From positions 1-34,186 of the forward strand of contig JAKIYU010000002.1 of NCBI GenBank assembly GCA_022708385.1: a DNA stretch of 34,186 nucleotides, given 5' to 3'. Below are positions 1 to 8,284 of the stretch, in pieces. The translations under genes were made by a program, and so were the position numbers. The notes under the pieces are model-generated. The model saw nothing but the letters and a program-made list of their open reading frames with translations. It searched no databases and had not been told where the DNA came from. Position 1 is the first letter of the stretch. Every line of letters starts with the position of its first letter. This DNA is from Bacteroidota bacterium (lineage in GTDB: Bacteria; Bacteroidota; Bacteroidia; Bacteroidales; PXBB01).

Positions 1-1
1 T

Positions 2-283
2 ATGAAACAACAGGACTTTGAACAGCTCAACTATGGTCTTTATTTCAGCCGCTATCCCGTTGTCGGTGGGGTGTGGTACAGGCAGAGCTTTCAAAATTCA
101 GATGCCGTTATTGCGCTCGTAGGCCTGCAAACAGGTATTCTTAAATTAGGTTACAGTTATGATGTGACCATCTCTAAATTAAGCAATGCCAGCGGCGGTG
201 CTCACGAAATTTCATTTTCCTACCAGTTCCCTTGTATCCCTAAAAAACGTAAAGTCAGAGCAATAAACTGCCCTTCGTTTTAG
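2..283 (+). CDS. PorP/SprF-family type IX secretion outer-membrane protein, C-terminal fragment (gene begins upstream of the window)
   Basis: The frame is open to the 5' edge, and the M at position 2 is only the first in-window codon. The C-terminal strand pattern YSYDVTISKL...GGAHEISFSYQF resembles the end of PorP/SprF barrels. It lies directly upstream of gldJ. Confidence 0.5.
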   Translation: MKQQDFEQLNYGLYFSRYPVVGGVWYRQSFQNSDAVIALVGLQTGILKLGYSYDVTISKLSNASGGAHEISFSYQFPCIPKKRKVRAINCPSF

Positions 284-334
284 TTATATACTTACTTAAA
301 TTATTTTGTGAATAGTCAAAAAAAATTTAATACA

Positions 335-1810
335 ATGAAAAGCATCCATAACTCAATCAAAATTCTTGGTTTTATTGCAATTGCATTGATTGTTACCTCC
401 TGCGAAAAAGAAATGTCGAGAGGAACAGGCTGGGAATACAACAATCCCAGAAACGGAGGTTTTCAGGTCATTCCTTATTTGGAACAGGAAACAGGCCCCG
501 GCCTGGTACTTATTGAAGGCGGGACATTTGTTATGGGCCGGTCCGAACAGGATGTTATGTACGATTGGAACAACATCCCGCGCAGAGTTACCGTGTCATC
601 GTTTTATATGGACGAAACAGAAGTTACCAACCTGTTCTATCTCGAATACTTGTATTGGTTGAGCAGGGTCTTTGGCGCCGATTATCCCGAAATTTACGAC
701 AAAGCTTTACCCGATACACTTGTATGGAGAGACAGGCTGGCCTACAACGAACCTTATGTTGAGCTCTACCTCAGACATCCCGCCTACAGGGATTATCCTG
801 TGGTTGGTGTCAATTGGCACCAGGCCAACGACTATTGCGCATGGAGAACCGACCGCGTGAATGAAATGATCCTTATCCGCGAAGGCATCCTTAACATGGA
901 CCCCAATCAGTTCAATGAAGAAAATTTTAATACCGATGCTTATCTTGCCGGACAATACGAAGGCATGGTGCGTAACGACCTTACCGACCTTAACCCAAGC
1001 GGAGCAGGAACAAGAAAAGTAAGAATGGAAGATGGAATTATGCTCCCGCGCTACCGGCTCCCGACCGAAGCTGAGTGGGAATTTGCTTCTTTAGGTCTTA
1101 TCGGAAATACATTATATGAACGTATTATTGAAAGAAGGCTATATCCTTGGAATGGCCACATAACACGTACCGACAGGTATCAGAATATGGGCGAATTTAT
1201 TGCCAACTTCAAACGTGGAAGAGGCGATAACATGGGTGTTGCCGGAAATCTAAACGACGGCGCCGATATTACGGCCGATGTATTTTCTTTCTGGCCCAAC
1301 GATTATGGATTATATAATATGGCCGGCAATGTCAGCGAATGGGTTATGGATGTGTACAGGCCACTATCCCCCGAAGATATGTCCGACTTCAGACCTTTCA
1401 GAGGTAATGTCTTTAAAACCCAGATGCGGGACGAAGATAAGTTTATTGAAGAAAAAGACACTCTGGGACGTATCATGTGGCGTGATGTTACTATTGAAGA
1501 AAGTATTAACCGCAGAAATTACAGGTATGCTGATAATATCAACTACCTCGATGGTGATAAAAACTCAAGCCTCCAGTTTGCTGAAGAAGAAGTTGCCGAG
1601 GACCAGAAAGAAAAAATGATGTACGAATATGGTGCTACTTCAATGATAAATGACAAAGCCAGGGTTTATAAAGGAGGTAACTGGGAAGACCGCGCTTATT
1701 GGATGGTTGCTGGCACCCGCCGTTTCCTCGACGAAAATCAATCAACACGTACTATTGGCTTCCGTTGTGCTATGCACAGAGTAGGATCTCCTGTGGCCGG
1801 AGGCAAATAG
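335..1810 (+). CDS. gldJ: Gliding motility / T9SS lipoprotein GldJ (FGE-sulfatase/SUMF1-like fold)
   Basis: The ORF track gives 308..1810 from a GTG. I prefer the ATG at 335, which gives MKSIHNSIKILGFIAIALIVTSC, a signal peptide plus lipobox Cys. SUMF1-like motifs are present: GPGLVLIEGGTFVMG, RLPTEAEWEFA, GNVSEWV, YKGGNWED, GFRCA. murF follows and gldLMN does not, which favours GldJ over the paralog GldK. Confidence 0.75.
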   Translation: MKSIHNSIKILGFIAIALIVTSCEKEMSRGTGWEYNNPRNGGFQVIPYLEQETGPGLVLIEGGTFVMGRSEQDVMYDWNNIPRRVTVSSFYMDETEVTNLFYLEYLYWLSRVFGADYPEIYDKALPDTLVWRDRLAYNEPYVELYLRHPAYRDYPVVGVNWHQANDYCAWRTDRVNEMILIREGILNMDPNQFNEENFNTDAYLAGQYEGMVRNDLTDLNPSGAGTRKVRMEDGIMLPRYRLPTEAEWEFASLGLIGNTLYERIIERRLYPWNGHITRTDRYQNMGEFIANFKRGRGDNMGVAGNLNDGADITADVFSFWPNDYGLYNMAGNVSEWVMDVYRPLSPEDMSDFRPFRGNVFKTQMRDEDKFIEEKDTLGRIMWRDVTIEESINRRNYRYADNINYLDGDKNSSLQFAEEEVAEDQKEKMMYEYGATSMINDKARVYKGGNWEDRAYWMVAGTRRFLDENQSTRTIGFRCAMHRVGSPVAGGK

Positions 1811-1832
1811 TATTGCTTCTCGAAAAATATTC

Positions 1833-1860
1833 AAAAACCCCATTTGTTTGGGGTTTTTTT
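1833..1860 (+). terminator. Rho-independent terminator after gldJ
   Basis: aaaaacccca (1833-1842) pairs perfectly with tggggttttt (1849-1858) around the loop tttgtt, and runs into a T tract. It starts 23 nt after the gldJ stop. Confidence 0.6.
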
Positions 1861-1896
1861 ATTTAATAATGAGGGTTTATAATAGTTTTTTTTAAA

Positions 1897-3177
1897 ATGC
1901 CACATAAAATAGAAAACCTTTATACTGTTTTTAAAAATTACCCCCGTATTTCGACCGATAGCCGACATATTGAAAAAGACAGTATATTCTTTGCTCTTAA
2001 GGGCGCTAATTTCGATGGTAATGTATTTGCCGAAAAAGCCTTAGAGAATGGCGCTGCTTATGTTGTAATTGATAACCCGAAATATAAAATAAATGAGAAG
2101 TATTTATTGGTAAACGATACCCTTGAAGCTTTGCAGAAACTGGCCATACAGCACAGAAAAAACCTTGATATTCCTGTGATCGGTATTACAGGCTCTAATG
2201 GTAAAACAACCACCAAGGAACTTATAGCAGCAGTATTAGAAACACAGTATAATTGCCTGGCTACAAAAGGAAATCTGAATAATCATATTGGAGTGCCTCT
2301 TACAATTCTATCAATTACAGGCGACAAACAAATTGCTGTAGTAGAAATGGGGGCTAATCACATAGGCGAAATTGAAGAGCTGTGCCGTATAGCTTTGCCC
2401 TGTTATGGCCTCATTACAAATATTGGTAAAGCTCATCTGGAAGGTTTTTTATCTTTAGAAAATATTATTCAAACAAAAGCTGCTTTATACAGGAGTGTTG
2501 AAAAAAATGGCAAAGGCCTATTTGTTAATGCTGACGATGCTCTTTTACTTAAATTGTCAGTTAACTTGAAAAGAATGACGTACAGCCTCACTGGCAAGGG
2601 CGAAACTAAAGCACAAATTGTGGATACAGATCCATATCTCACATTGGTATGGAATGATTTTCAAATAAAAACAAATTTATTTGGTGCATATAATATATAT
2701 AATGTATTAGCAGCTATTACAGTTGGTAAATATTTTAATATTTCCGATAGCAATATCGTTAATGCGATTTCTTCCTATGTACCCGTTAACAACAGGTCGC
2801 AGCTAATAAAAACAAAGTTCAATACCATAATAATGGATGCCTATAATGCCAATCCGACTTCTATGGAGGCAGCCATTAATAGCTTTTTATCAATGAAGGT
2901 CGGCGAAAAAATGCTTATTCTTGGCGATATGCTGGAATTAGGAAATGAAGGTGAACAGGAACATAAAAAAATTATTGATTTGCTTATAAATAAAGGGATT
3001 AAAGAGGTATTGCTTGTGGGTAATGTCTTTTCTAACGTAGGTAAGGGAATCTATAAAACATTTTGCGATAATGAAGCGCTGAGAATATACCTTGAATCAT
3101 TTAATGCGCAAGGGAAAACCATTCTTGTTAAAGGGTCGAGAGGGATCAAATTGGAAAATGTTATACCAGCACTCTGA
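1897..3177 (+). CDS. murF: UDP-N-acetylmuramoyl-tripeptide--D-alanyl-D-alanine ligase
   Basis: 426 aa. Mur ligase P-loop GITGSNGKTTTKE, N-terminal DSR...FFALKG..DG..F motif, C-terminal DAYNANP and GDMLELG motifs. Confidence 0.9.
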   Translation: MPHKIENLYTVFKNYPRISTDSRHIEKDSIFFALKGANFDGNVFAEKALENGAAYVVIDNPKYKINEKYLLVNDTLEALQKLAIQHRKNLDIPVIGITGSNGKTTTKELIAAVLETQYNCLATKGNLNNHIGVPLTILSITGDKQIAVVEMGANHIGEIEELCRIALPCYGLITNIGKAHLEGFLSLENIIQTKAALYRSVEKNGKGLFVNADDALLLKLSVNLKRMTYSLTGKGETKAQIVDTDPYLTLVWNDFQIKTNLFGAYNIYNVLAAITVGKYFNISDSNIVNAISSYVPVNNRSQLIKTKFNTIIMDAYNANPTSMEAAINSFLSMKVGEKMLILGDMLELGNEGEQEHKKIIDLLINKGIKEVLLVGNVFSNVGKGIYKTFCDNEALRIYLESFNAQGKTILVKGSRGIKLENVIPAL

Positions 3178-3183
3178 TAATAT

Positions 3184-4272
3184 ATGAAAACATACCAGGT
3201 TATCGGCTTGATGTCTGGCACTTCACTCGACGGGCTTGATGTGGCATGGTGCGAGTTCTGGATTGAGAAAAACTGTTGGCATTACAGAATTATAGAGGCT
3301 GAAACCTATACTTACGATATAAAATGGCGTAAAATATTAGGTCAGTTGCACCGCATGAGCGCAAAAGCTTTTGCTGAAACCGATGCAATGTTTGCCCGCT
3401 TGATGGCAGGCTACGTGAATAGTTTTTGCGAAAAATACAGCTGCAACGCAAATTTAATTGCTTCGCACGGGCAAACAATCTTTCATAACCCCTCCGAAAG
3501 CTATACAACACAAATTGGAAACGGCGCCGTACTGGCAGCACTGACAGGGAAAAATGTGGTTGCTGATTTTCGTTCGGCCGATGTGGCCTTAGGTGGGCAG
3601 GGAGCCCCCCTGGTACCCTTTGGTGACCGAATGCTTTTTGGAAAATTCGATTACTGTGTTAACCTGGGAGGATTCGCCAATATTTCTTTCGAGATTGCAA
3701 ATAAGCGTATCGCCTTTGATATTTGTCCTGCAAATTTCATTATTAACAAGCTTTACAGCGAAGCGATAAGCGCAAAAAGCAATGCCGGTGTTTTCGACAG
3801 GGGAGGAGCTTATGCCAAACAGGGGCGTTTTATTGAAACACTTTTTGAGCAATTAAACCGCTTGGATTATTATCAAATGAATTATCCCAAATCATTAGGC
3901 AGGGAGTGGGTGGAAACAGATTTTTTGCCGGCTCTTAACAATCTTCCTTATAATAAACGGGATGTATTACATACGATTTACCATCATATAGCCTTTCAAA
4001 TTGCCGTTGTGATGAATAAACTGCCCGGGCGTAAAGCCCTTTTTACAGGTGGTGGCACCTATAACGACTATTTGATGTCGCTTATCAAACTGTATGCACC
4101 GGAAAAAGAGCTTGTTATACCCGATAAAAAAACTATTGATTACAAGGAGGCACTTGTGTTTGCTTTTCTCGCACTTTTCCGGACAAAAGGGAAAATAAAC
4201 TGCCTTAAATCTGTAACTGGTGCAAAAAGAAATTCATCGGCAGGTGCAATTTATAGGGGTAAGTTGAAGTAA
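3184..4272 (+). CDS. anmK: Anhydro-N-acetylmuramic acid kinase
   Basis: 362 aa. N-terminal GLMSGTSLDGLDVA signature of AnmK, plus GGQGAPLVP and FTGGGTYN motifs. It starts 6 nt after the murF stop. Confidence 0.88.
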   Translation: MKTYQVIGLMSGTSLDGLDVAWCEFWIEKNCWHYRIIEAETYTYDIKWRKILGQLHRMSAKAFAETDAMFARLMAGYVNSFCEKYSCNANLIASHGQTIFHNPSESYTTQIGNGAVLAALTGKNVVADFRSADVALGGQGAPLVPFGDRMLFGKFDYCVNLGGFANISFEIANKRIAFDICPANFIINKLYSEAISAKSNAGVFDRGGAYAKQGRFIETLFEQLNRLDYYQMNYPKSLGREWVETDFLPALNNLPYNKRDVLHTIYHHIAFQIAVVMNKLPGRKALFTGGGTYNDYLMSLIKLYAPEKELVIPDKKTIDYKEALVFAFLALFRTKGKINCLKSVTGAKRNSSAGAIYRGKLK

Positions 4273-4298
4273 TTTTAACTTTATTTGAAAAAATAAAA

Positions 4299-4306
4299 TA
4301 ATTTTG
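4299..4306 (+). promoter_or_regulatory. Candidate Bacteroidota -7 promoter box (TAATTTTG) for sprE/porW
   Basis: Exact match to TAnnTTTG, 43 nt upstream of the ATG at 4350. The nearest upstream TTTG (4284-4287) is only 11 nt away, so the -33 element is unconvincing. Confidence 0.35.
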
Positions 4307-4349
4307 TTGTTTATTAGTTATAATACACCCATCATCAGAATATAATCAG

Positions 4350-6980
4350 ATGTATTATTTAAAGCAAATACGTTTTCAGTCAGCAGGGTTCTTGTTAATA
4401 TTTATTATATGCCTGAGTGCATGCTCAACCAAGAAAAATACTTTTTCACGACGGGCATATCATAACGTTGTTGCACACTATAATGCTCATTTCAACGGTA
4501 ATGAAAGTCTTAAGGAAGGAGTCGCTGAATTAGCGAAAGCACACGAAGATAATTATAACGAAGTACTTCATATTTTCAAACTCGGCAATGTACAACAAGC
4601 ACAAAGCAATGCACCTAAAATGGACAGAGCCATTGAAAAAGCCACCAAAGTGATTCGTAAACATTCAATGAATTTTAAAGGCGTTGAATATGTTAAGTGG
4701 ATTCCCCGTAGTTATATGATGATAGGCAAGGCCAATTTTTATAAAAGAGAATACGAACTGGCGGCCGAAACTTTTGAATATGTGCTGCGGTTGTATAGTA
4801 ATGACATGGTCAGGTACGATGCCATGCTGCAATCGGCAAAAACAAATAATATTAAAGGTAATTTCGGAAAGTCGGAATCTATGCTTGAACAGCTAAGCCT
4901 GGCCATTGAAAAAAGGGAACTGAAGAAGAAGCAAATTAACGAATATCATTTGATATATGCCGACTATTATATTAAGCAGGATTTGTTTGATGATGCGCCT
5001 TTGCATATAGAAAGCGCCCTGAAAACCGCCCGAAAGAAAAAGGATAAAGTGCGCTTGTATTTTATTTTAGGCCAGATTTACCAGAGAAAAGGCGACCTTG
5101 AATCAGCCAGCAAGGCGTTTAACAGGGTAATACGGATGAGTCCGCCTTATGAACTTGAGTTTAACGCCAAGATTAATGCTGCCATGTGCTACGATGCCTC
5201 AAAATCACAAAGCAAAAATCTTGTCGAGCTGCTTACAAAGATGCTGAAGGATGATAAAAACAAAGAATACCTTGACCAGATATATTATGCGCTCGCCCAA
5301 ATTGCCATCAAAGATAAAAATACCGAGAAGGCCATAGAATACCTGAAATTATCTGCCGAAAAAAGCGTATCGAACGAAAGACAGAAAGGGGTGTCGTTTT
5401 ATACTCTGGCGGAACTCTATTACCAGATACCAGACTATATAAATGCACAGATTTATTATGATAGCTGCGTAACTGTACTCCCCAAAGATTTTAAAGACTA
5501 TCAGAATATCGAAAAAAAACAGAAAATACTGTCAGAACTGGTTAAGAATATCCTTACCGTTCAGCTCGAGGACAGCCTGCAGAAACTGGCCGGTATGTCG
5601 GAACAACAAAGAATCAGCATTGTGGATAGAATTATTGAAGACCTCAAGGCTGAAGAACAACGAAAACAAAAAGAAGAAGCCGAAAAACAACAAAACATGT
5701 TTTTGCAAGCGCAAAATCAAAACCCCAATATGCAAATGCAGCAGGGCGGGGGCGGCTGGTATTTTTATAACCCCTCTGCCATGAGCTACGGCTATTCGGA
5801 GTTTGTGCGCAAATGGGGTAACAGAAAACTCGAAGACAACTGGCGCCTGAGCAATAAGGAAATGGTGGTTGATTTTAACGAAGATACACTTGCAAATGGA
5901 GAATCGGAAAATGATTCTCTGGGTGGAAAAGGAAAAAAGGCCAGCGACCCCAAAGACAGAAACACCTACCTGAAAAATATACCTCTGACATCTGAAATGG
6001 TGGCTGCGTCGAACGAAAAAATTATGAATGCCTTGTACAATATGGGTGTTATTTATAAAGAAAATCTGCAGGAGTACAAACTCTCGAACGAAGCTTTCGA
6101 AAAACTTATAAGCCGCTTTCCCGATTCAAAGCTTATTTTGAATGCTTATTACTATCTATACCGTACCTATGATTTACTGAAAGACAAAAATAAGTCGGAT
6201 TATTACAAGAACCTTATACTTAGCAAATATCCCGACTCGGAACACGCAAAAATTATAAAAGACCCTGATTATATTCAAAAAAAGTCGAAACAACAAAGCG
6301 AAGCCGAAATATTTTACAGCGAAGTGTACAATGACTACCTCTCGAAGAACTTTGTTTCAGCTATTCAAAAAGCCGACAACGGCATAAAAAGATTTGCCTC
6401 ATCGGCAACCGAAGCCAAATTTGCTTATATCAAAACCCTTTGTATAGGAAAAACAGAACCTAAGGAAAAATTTGAAAAAGCCCTCAATGATTTTATCGCT
6501 GCTTACGGAAAAACACCTCTGGCACCCCTTGCACAAAATATGCTCGATTACCTTCAGGGCAAAATAGAGGCTCCTGCCGATGCGAAAACCTTACCCCAGG
6601 GCACACCGTTGGAGTTGTATAAAATAAACGACTCTACCATTCATTTTTATATTATGATTGTTGATGCCAAAAAGGTAAAGGTAAATGACTTTAAAAATAA
6701 AATTTCAGATTATAATAACGAATTTCATCGCCTGCTCAATCTCACCATCAGCAATGTGTTTCTCGACGAAACCTATCAGATTGTAACGGTTGCAAATTTT
6801 AACGATAAGGCATCTGCCATGAAATACTACAATGCTATTAAAGATAATAAGAAAGTCTTTGAGGGGTACGACAAATCCAATTTCCGGCAATTTGTTATTT
6901 CAGTTGAAAATTATCCTGTTTTTTATAAAGATAAAAATGTGGACAAATACATGGAGTTTTTCAAAAAGAAGTATTTGTAA
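4350..6980 (+). CDS. sprE: TPR-repeat lipoprotein, SprE/PorW-like T9SS component
   Basis: 876 aa. Signal peptide with lipobox LSAC-STKKN, multiple TPR-like helical repeats, and a central coiled-coil/Q-rich stretch followed by GGWYFYNPSA...EFVRKWGNRKLEDNWRLSNK, which I recall from SprE/PorW proteins. Size matches F. johnsoniae SprE (about 870 aa). The family call is from memory and not verified. Confidence 0.6.
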   Translation: MYYLKQIRFQSAGFLLIFIICLSACSTKKNTFSRRAYHNVVAHYNAHFNGNESLKEGVAELAKAHEDNYNEVLHIFKLGNVQQAQSNAPKMDRAIEKATKVIRKHSMNFKGVEYVKWIPRSYMMIGKANFYKREYELAAETFEYVLRLYSNDMVRYDAMLQSAKTNNIKGNFGKSESMLEQLSLAIEKRELKKKQINEYHLIYADYYIKQDLFDDAPLHIESALKTARKKKDKVRLYFILGQIYQRKGDLESASKAFNRVIRMSPPYELEFNAKINAAMCYDASKSQSKNLVELLTKMLKDDKNKEYLDQIYYALAQIAIKDKNTEKAIEYLKLSAEKSVSNERQKGVSFYTLAELYYQIPDYINAQIYYDSCVTVLPKDFKDYQNIEKKQKILSELVKNILTVQLEDSLQKLAGMSEQQRISIVDRIIEDLKAEEQRKQKEEAEKQQNMFLQAQNQNPNMQMQQGGGGWYFYNPSAMSYGYSEFVRKWGNRKLEDNWRLSNKEMVVDFNEDTLANGESENDSLGGKGKKASDPKDRNTYLKNIPLTSEMVAASNEKIMNALYNMGVIYKENLQEYKLSNEAFEKLISRFPDSKLILNAYYYLYRTYDLLKDKNKSDYYKNLILSKYPDSEHAKIIKDPDYIQKKSKQQSEAEIFYSEVYNDYLSKNFVSAIQKADNGIKRFASSATEAKFAYIKTLCIGKTEPKEKFEKALNDFIAAYGKTPLAPLAQNMLDYLQGKIEAPADAKTLPQGTPLELYKINDSTIHFYIMIVDAKKVKVNDFKNKISDYNNEFHRLLNLTISNVFLDETYQIVTVANFNDKASAMKYYNAIKDNKKVFEGYDKSNFRQFVISVENYPVFYKDKNVDKYMEFFKKKYL

Positions 6981-7009
6981 TTTAATTTTATTTTAACATT
7001 TTTTCTCTT

Positions 7010-7038
7010 TTTGTATTACAGAAATAATTTTAGATTTG
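7010..7038 (+). promoter_or_regulatory. Candidate Bacteroidota sigma-A promoter (-33 TTTG, -7 TAGATTTG) ahead of bactofilin and the atp operon
   Basis: TTTG at 7010-7013 and TAGATTTG at 7031-7038 with a 17-nt spacer, slightly shorter than the roughly 19-21 nt usually quoted. The -7 box ends 39 nt before the ATG at 7078. Confidence 0.45.
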
Positions 7039-7077
7039 TAAATTTAACACGAAGATGTAAAATTTATTTATATTATC

Positions 7078-7491
7078 ATGGCAAAGATTAACGAACAAGA
7101 AAGCCCTTCGATAAATCTTATCGGCAGCGGCACGGTTATTAAAGGCGATATCAGGTCAAATGGCGACATCAGAATTGACGGTACTGTCATAGGTTCCATT
7201 CATGCAAAAGGTAAAGTTGTTATCGGCCCTACAGGAAATATTGAAGGCGAAATTGACTGTGTAAACGGCGATTCATCAGGTATCATCAAAGCAAAAGTCA
7301 CAGTAAAAGAACTTTTATCCTTAAAAGCATCTTCCAAACTTACCGGAGATATTATTACCAACAAATTAGCCATCGAGCCCGGTGCGGTTTTTTCGGGGAC
7401 ATGCAGTATGGGCAATGAACAACCCCTTAAAGACCCCTTTAAAATGGCCGAAAAAAATGAACCGGCAAAAATCAAAGAACCCACTCAGTAA
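7078..7491 (+). CDS. Bactofilin (polymer-forming cytoskeletal protein, DUF583)
   Basis: 137 aa. Typical beta-helix repeat pattern GTVIKGDIRSNGDIRIDGTVIGSIHAKGKVVIGPTGNIEGEI...LTGDIITNKLAIEPGAVFSG with a disordered Pro/Lys-rich tail. Confidence 0.85.
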   Translation: MAKINEQESPSINLIGSGTVIKGDIRSNGDIRIDGTVIGSIHAKGKVVIGPTGNIEGEIDCVNGDSSGIIKAKVTVKELLSLKASSKLTGDIITNKLAIEPGAVFSGTCSMGNEQPLKDPFKMAEKNEPAKIKEPTQ

Positions 7492-7669
7492 TTATGCTAA
7501 ATATTCACATCTGGCTTACCAGATGTTGGCCGTTTTCCTGCTGGCCGTTTTTGGAGGTTATAAAATTGATTCCCTCCTTAAATGGAATTTTCCTTTATTT
7601 ACACTGCTTTTTTCGCTCATCGCTATTGCTATAGTAATTTTCTTATCCGTTAAAGATTTTAAAAAATAA
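7457..7669 (+). CDS. AtpZ/AtpI-family small membrane protein (putative F0 assembly/accessory protein)
   Basis: The track ORF is 7382..7669. I choose the ATG at 7457, giving MNRQKSKNPLSNYAKYSHLAYQMLAVFLLAVFGGYKIDS.... The NY.KYS.L..QM segment plus two TM helices fits the ATPase_gene1/AtpZ pattern. Position is just upstream of atpB. It overlaps the bactofilin 3' end by 35 nt. Confidence 0.55.
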   Translation: MNRQKSKNPLSNYAKYSHLAYQMLAVFLLAVFGGYKIDSLLKWNFPLFTLLFSLIAIAIVIFLSVKDFKK

Positions 7670-7679
7670 TAATCTCCCT

Positions 7680-8063
7680 ATGCAAGCTCACTTTGTCGCG
7701 TTTTTTAGAAAAAATTTAATGCTTTCTGTTTTTCTGGCCTTGGTGGTATTGGTATTGGCTATTTATATGCCTGCCCTTAAACTCAGTTACATACATACAT
7801 TCATTATCCTGTTTTTTTTTCTTTTCAGTCTTTTGTCTCATTTTATTATTCTATGGCTTACTGAAAAAAATGCAAAAAAATTTATTAACTATTTCATGAT
7901 TTCTACCCTTGTTAAGCTTTTGGTCTATTGTGGAATTATCATCGTTTATATTTTTAATTTCAGAGAGGCGGCCAAACCATTTGCCATAGTTTTTCTCTTG
8001 TCCTACGTATGCTATACCATAATCGAAGTGTCCTCATTGCAAAAATTTGTCAAAAGAAAATAA
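7680..8063 (+). CDS. Four-TM small membrane protein, AtpI-like by size and position (function unknown)
   Basis: 127 aa with about four hydrophobic helices. It lies between the atpZ-like gene and atpB, the same position and size class as AtpI/UncI. I recognise no diagnostic motif. Confidence 0.4.
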   Translation: MQAHFVAFFRKNLMLSVFLALVVLVLAIYMPALKLSYIHTFIILFFFLFSLLSHFIILWLTEKNAKKFINYFMISTLVKLLVYCGIIIVYIFNFREAAKPFAIVFLLSYVCYTIIEVSSLQKFVKRK

Positions 8064-8284
8064 AGGAGCGAAGCCGATAAATTTTCTGCTTCCCTGCCCA
8101 TAATCAATCATGGCTTAAGAACATGTGTTAGTGTAATGCATTAAAATTCTGAGTTTTAGAAAAATTTGAGAATTAATCAGGTCAAAAAAATAAGAAAAAA
8201 TATTGCAGTTATTGTTTTTTTTTATAACTTGGACGGCTTAATAATAAAGCGTTATTTTAAATAAGTATTATTGTAAGTGCTTAT

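Noticed and set aside
308-334. GTG start at 308 that adds MNSQKKFNT to GldJ
   Set aside because: The ATG at 335 gives a canonical lipoprotein signal peptide (MKS...LIVTSC). The nine extra residues add nothing recognisable.
7382-7456. Longer version of the atpZ-like ORF starting at 7382
   Set aside because: The extra 25 residues (MRFFRGHAVWAMNNPLKTPLKWPKK) are just the alternative frame of the bactofilin tail. The start at 7457 retains the conserved segment with less overlap. This remains uncertain.
8066-8096. Possible terminator hairpin right after the atpI-like gene (gaagc ... gcttc)
   Set aside because: The stem is only 5 bp with a 13-nt loop and no following U-tract, too weak to call.
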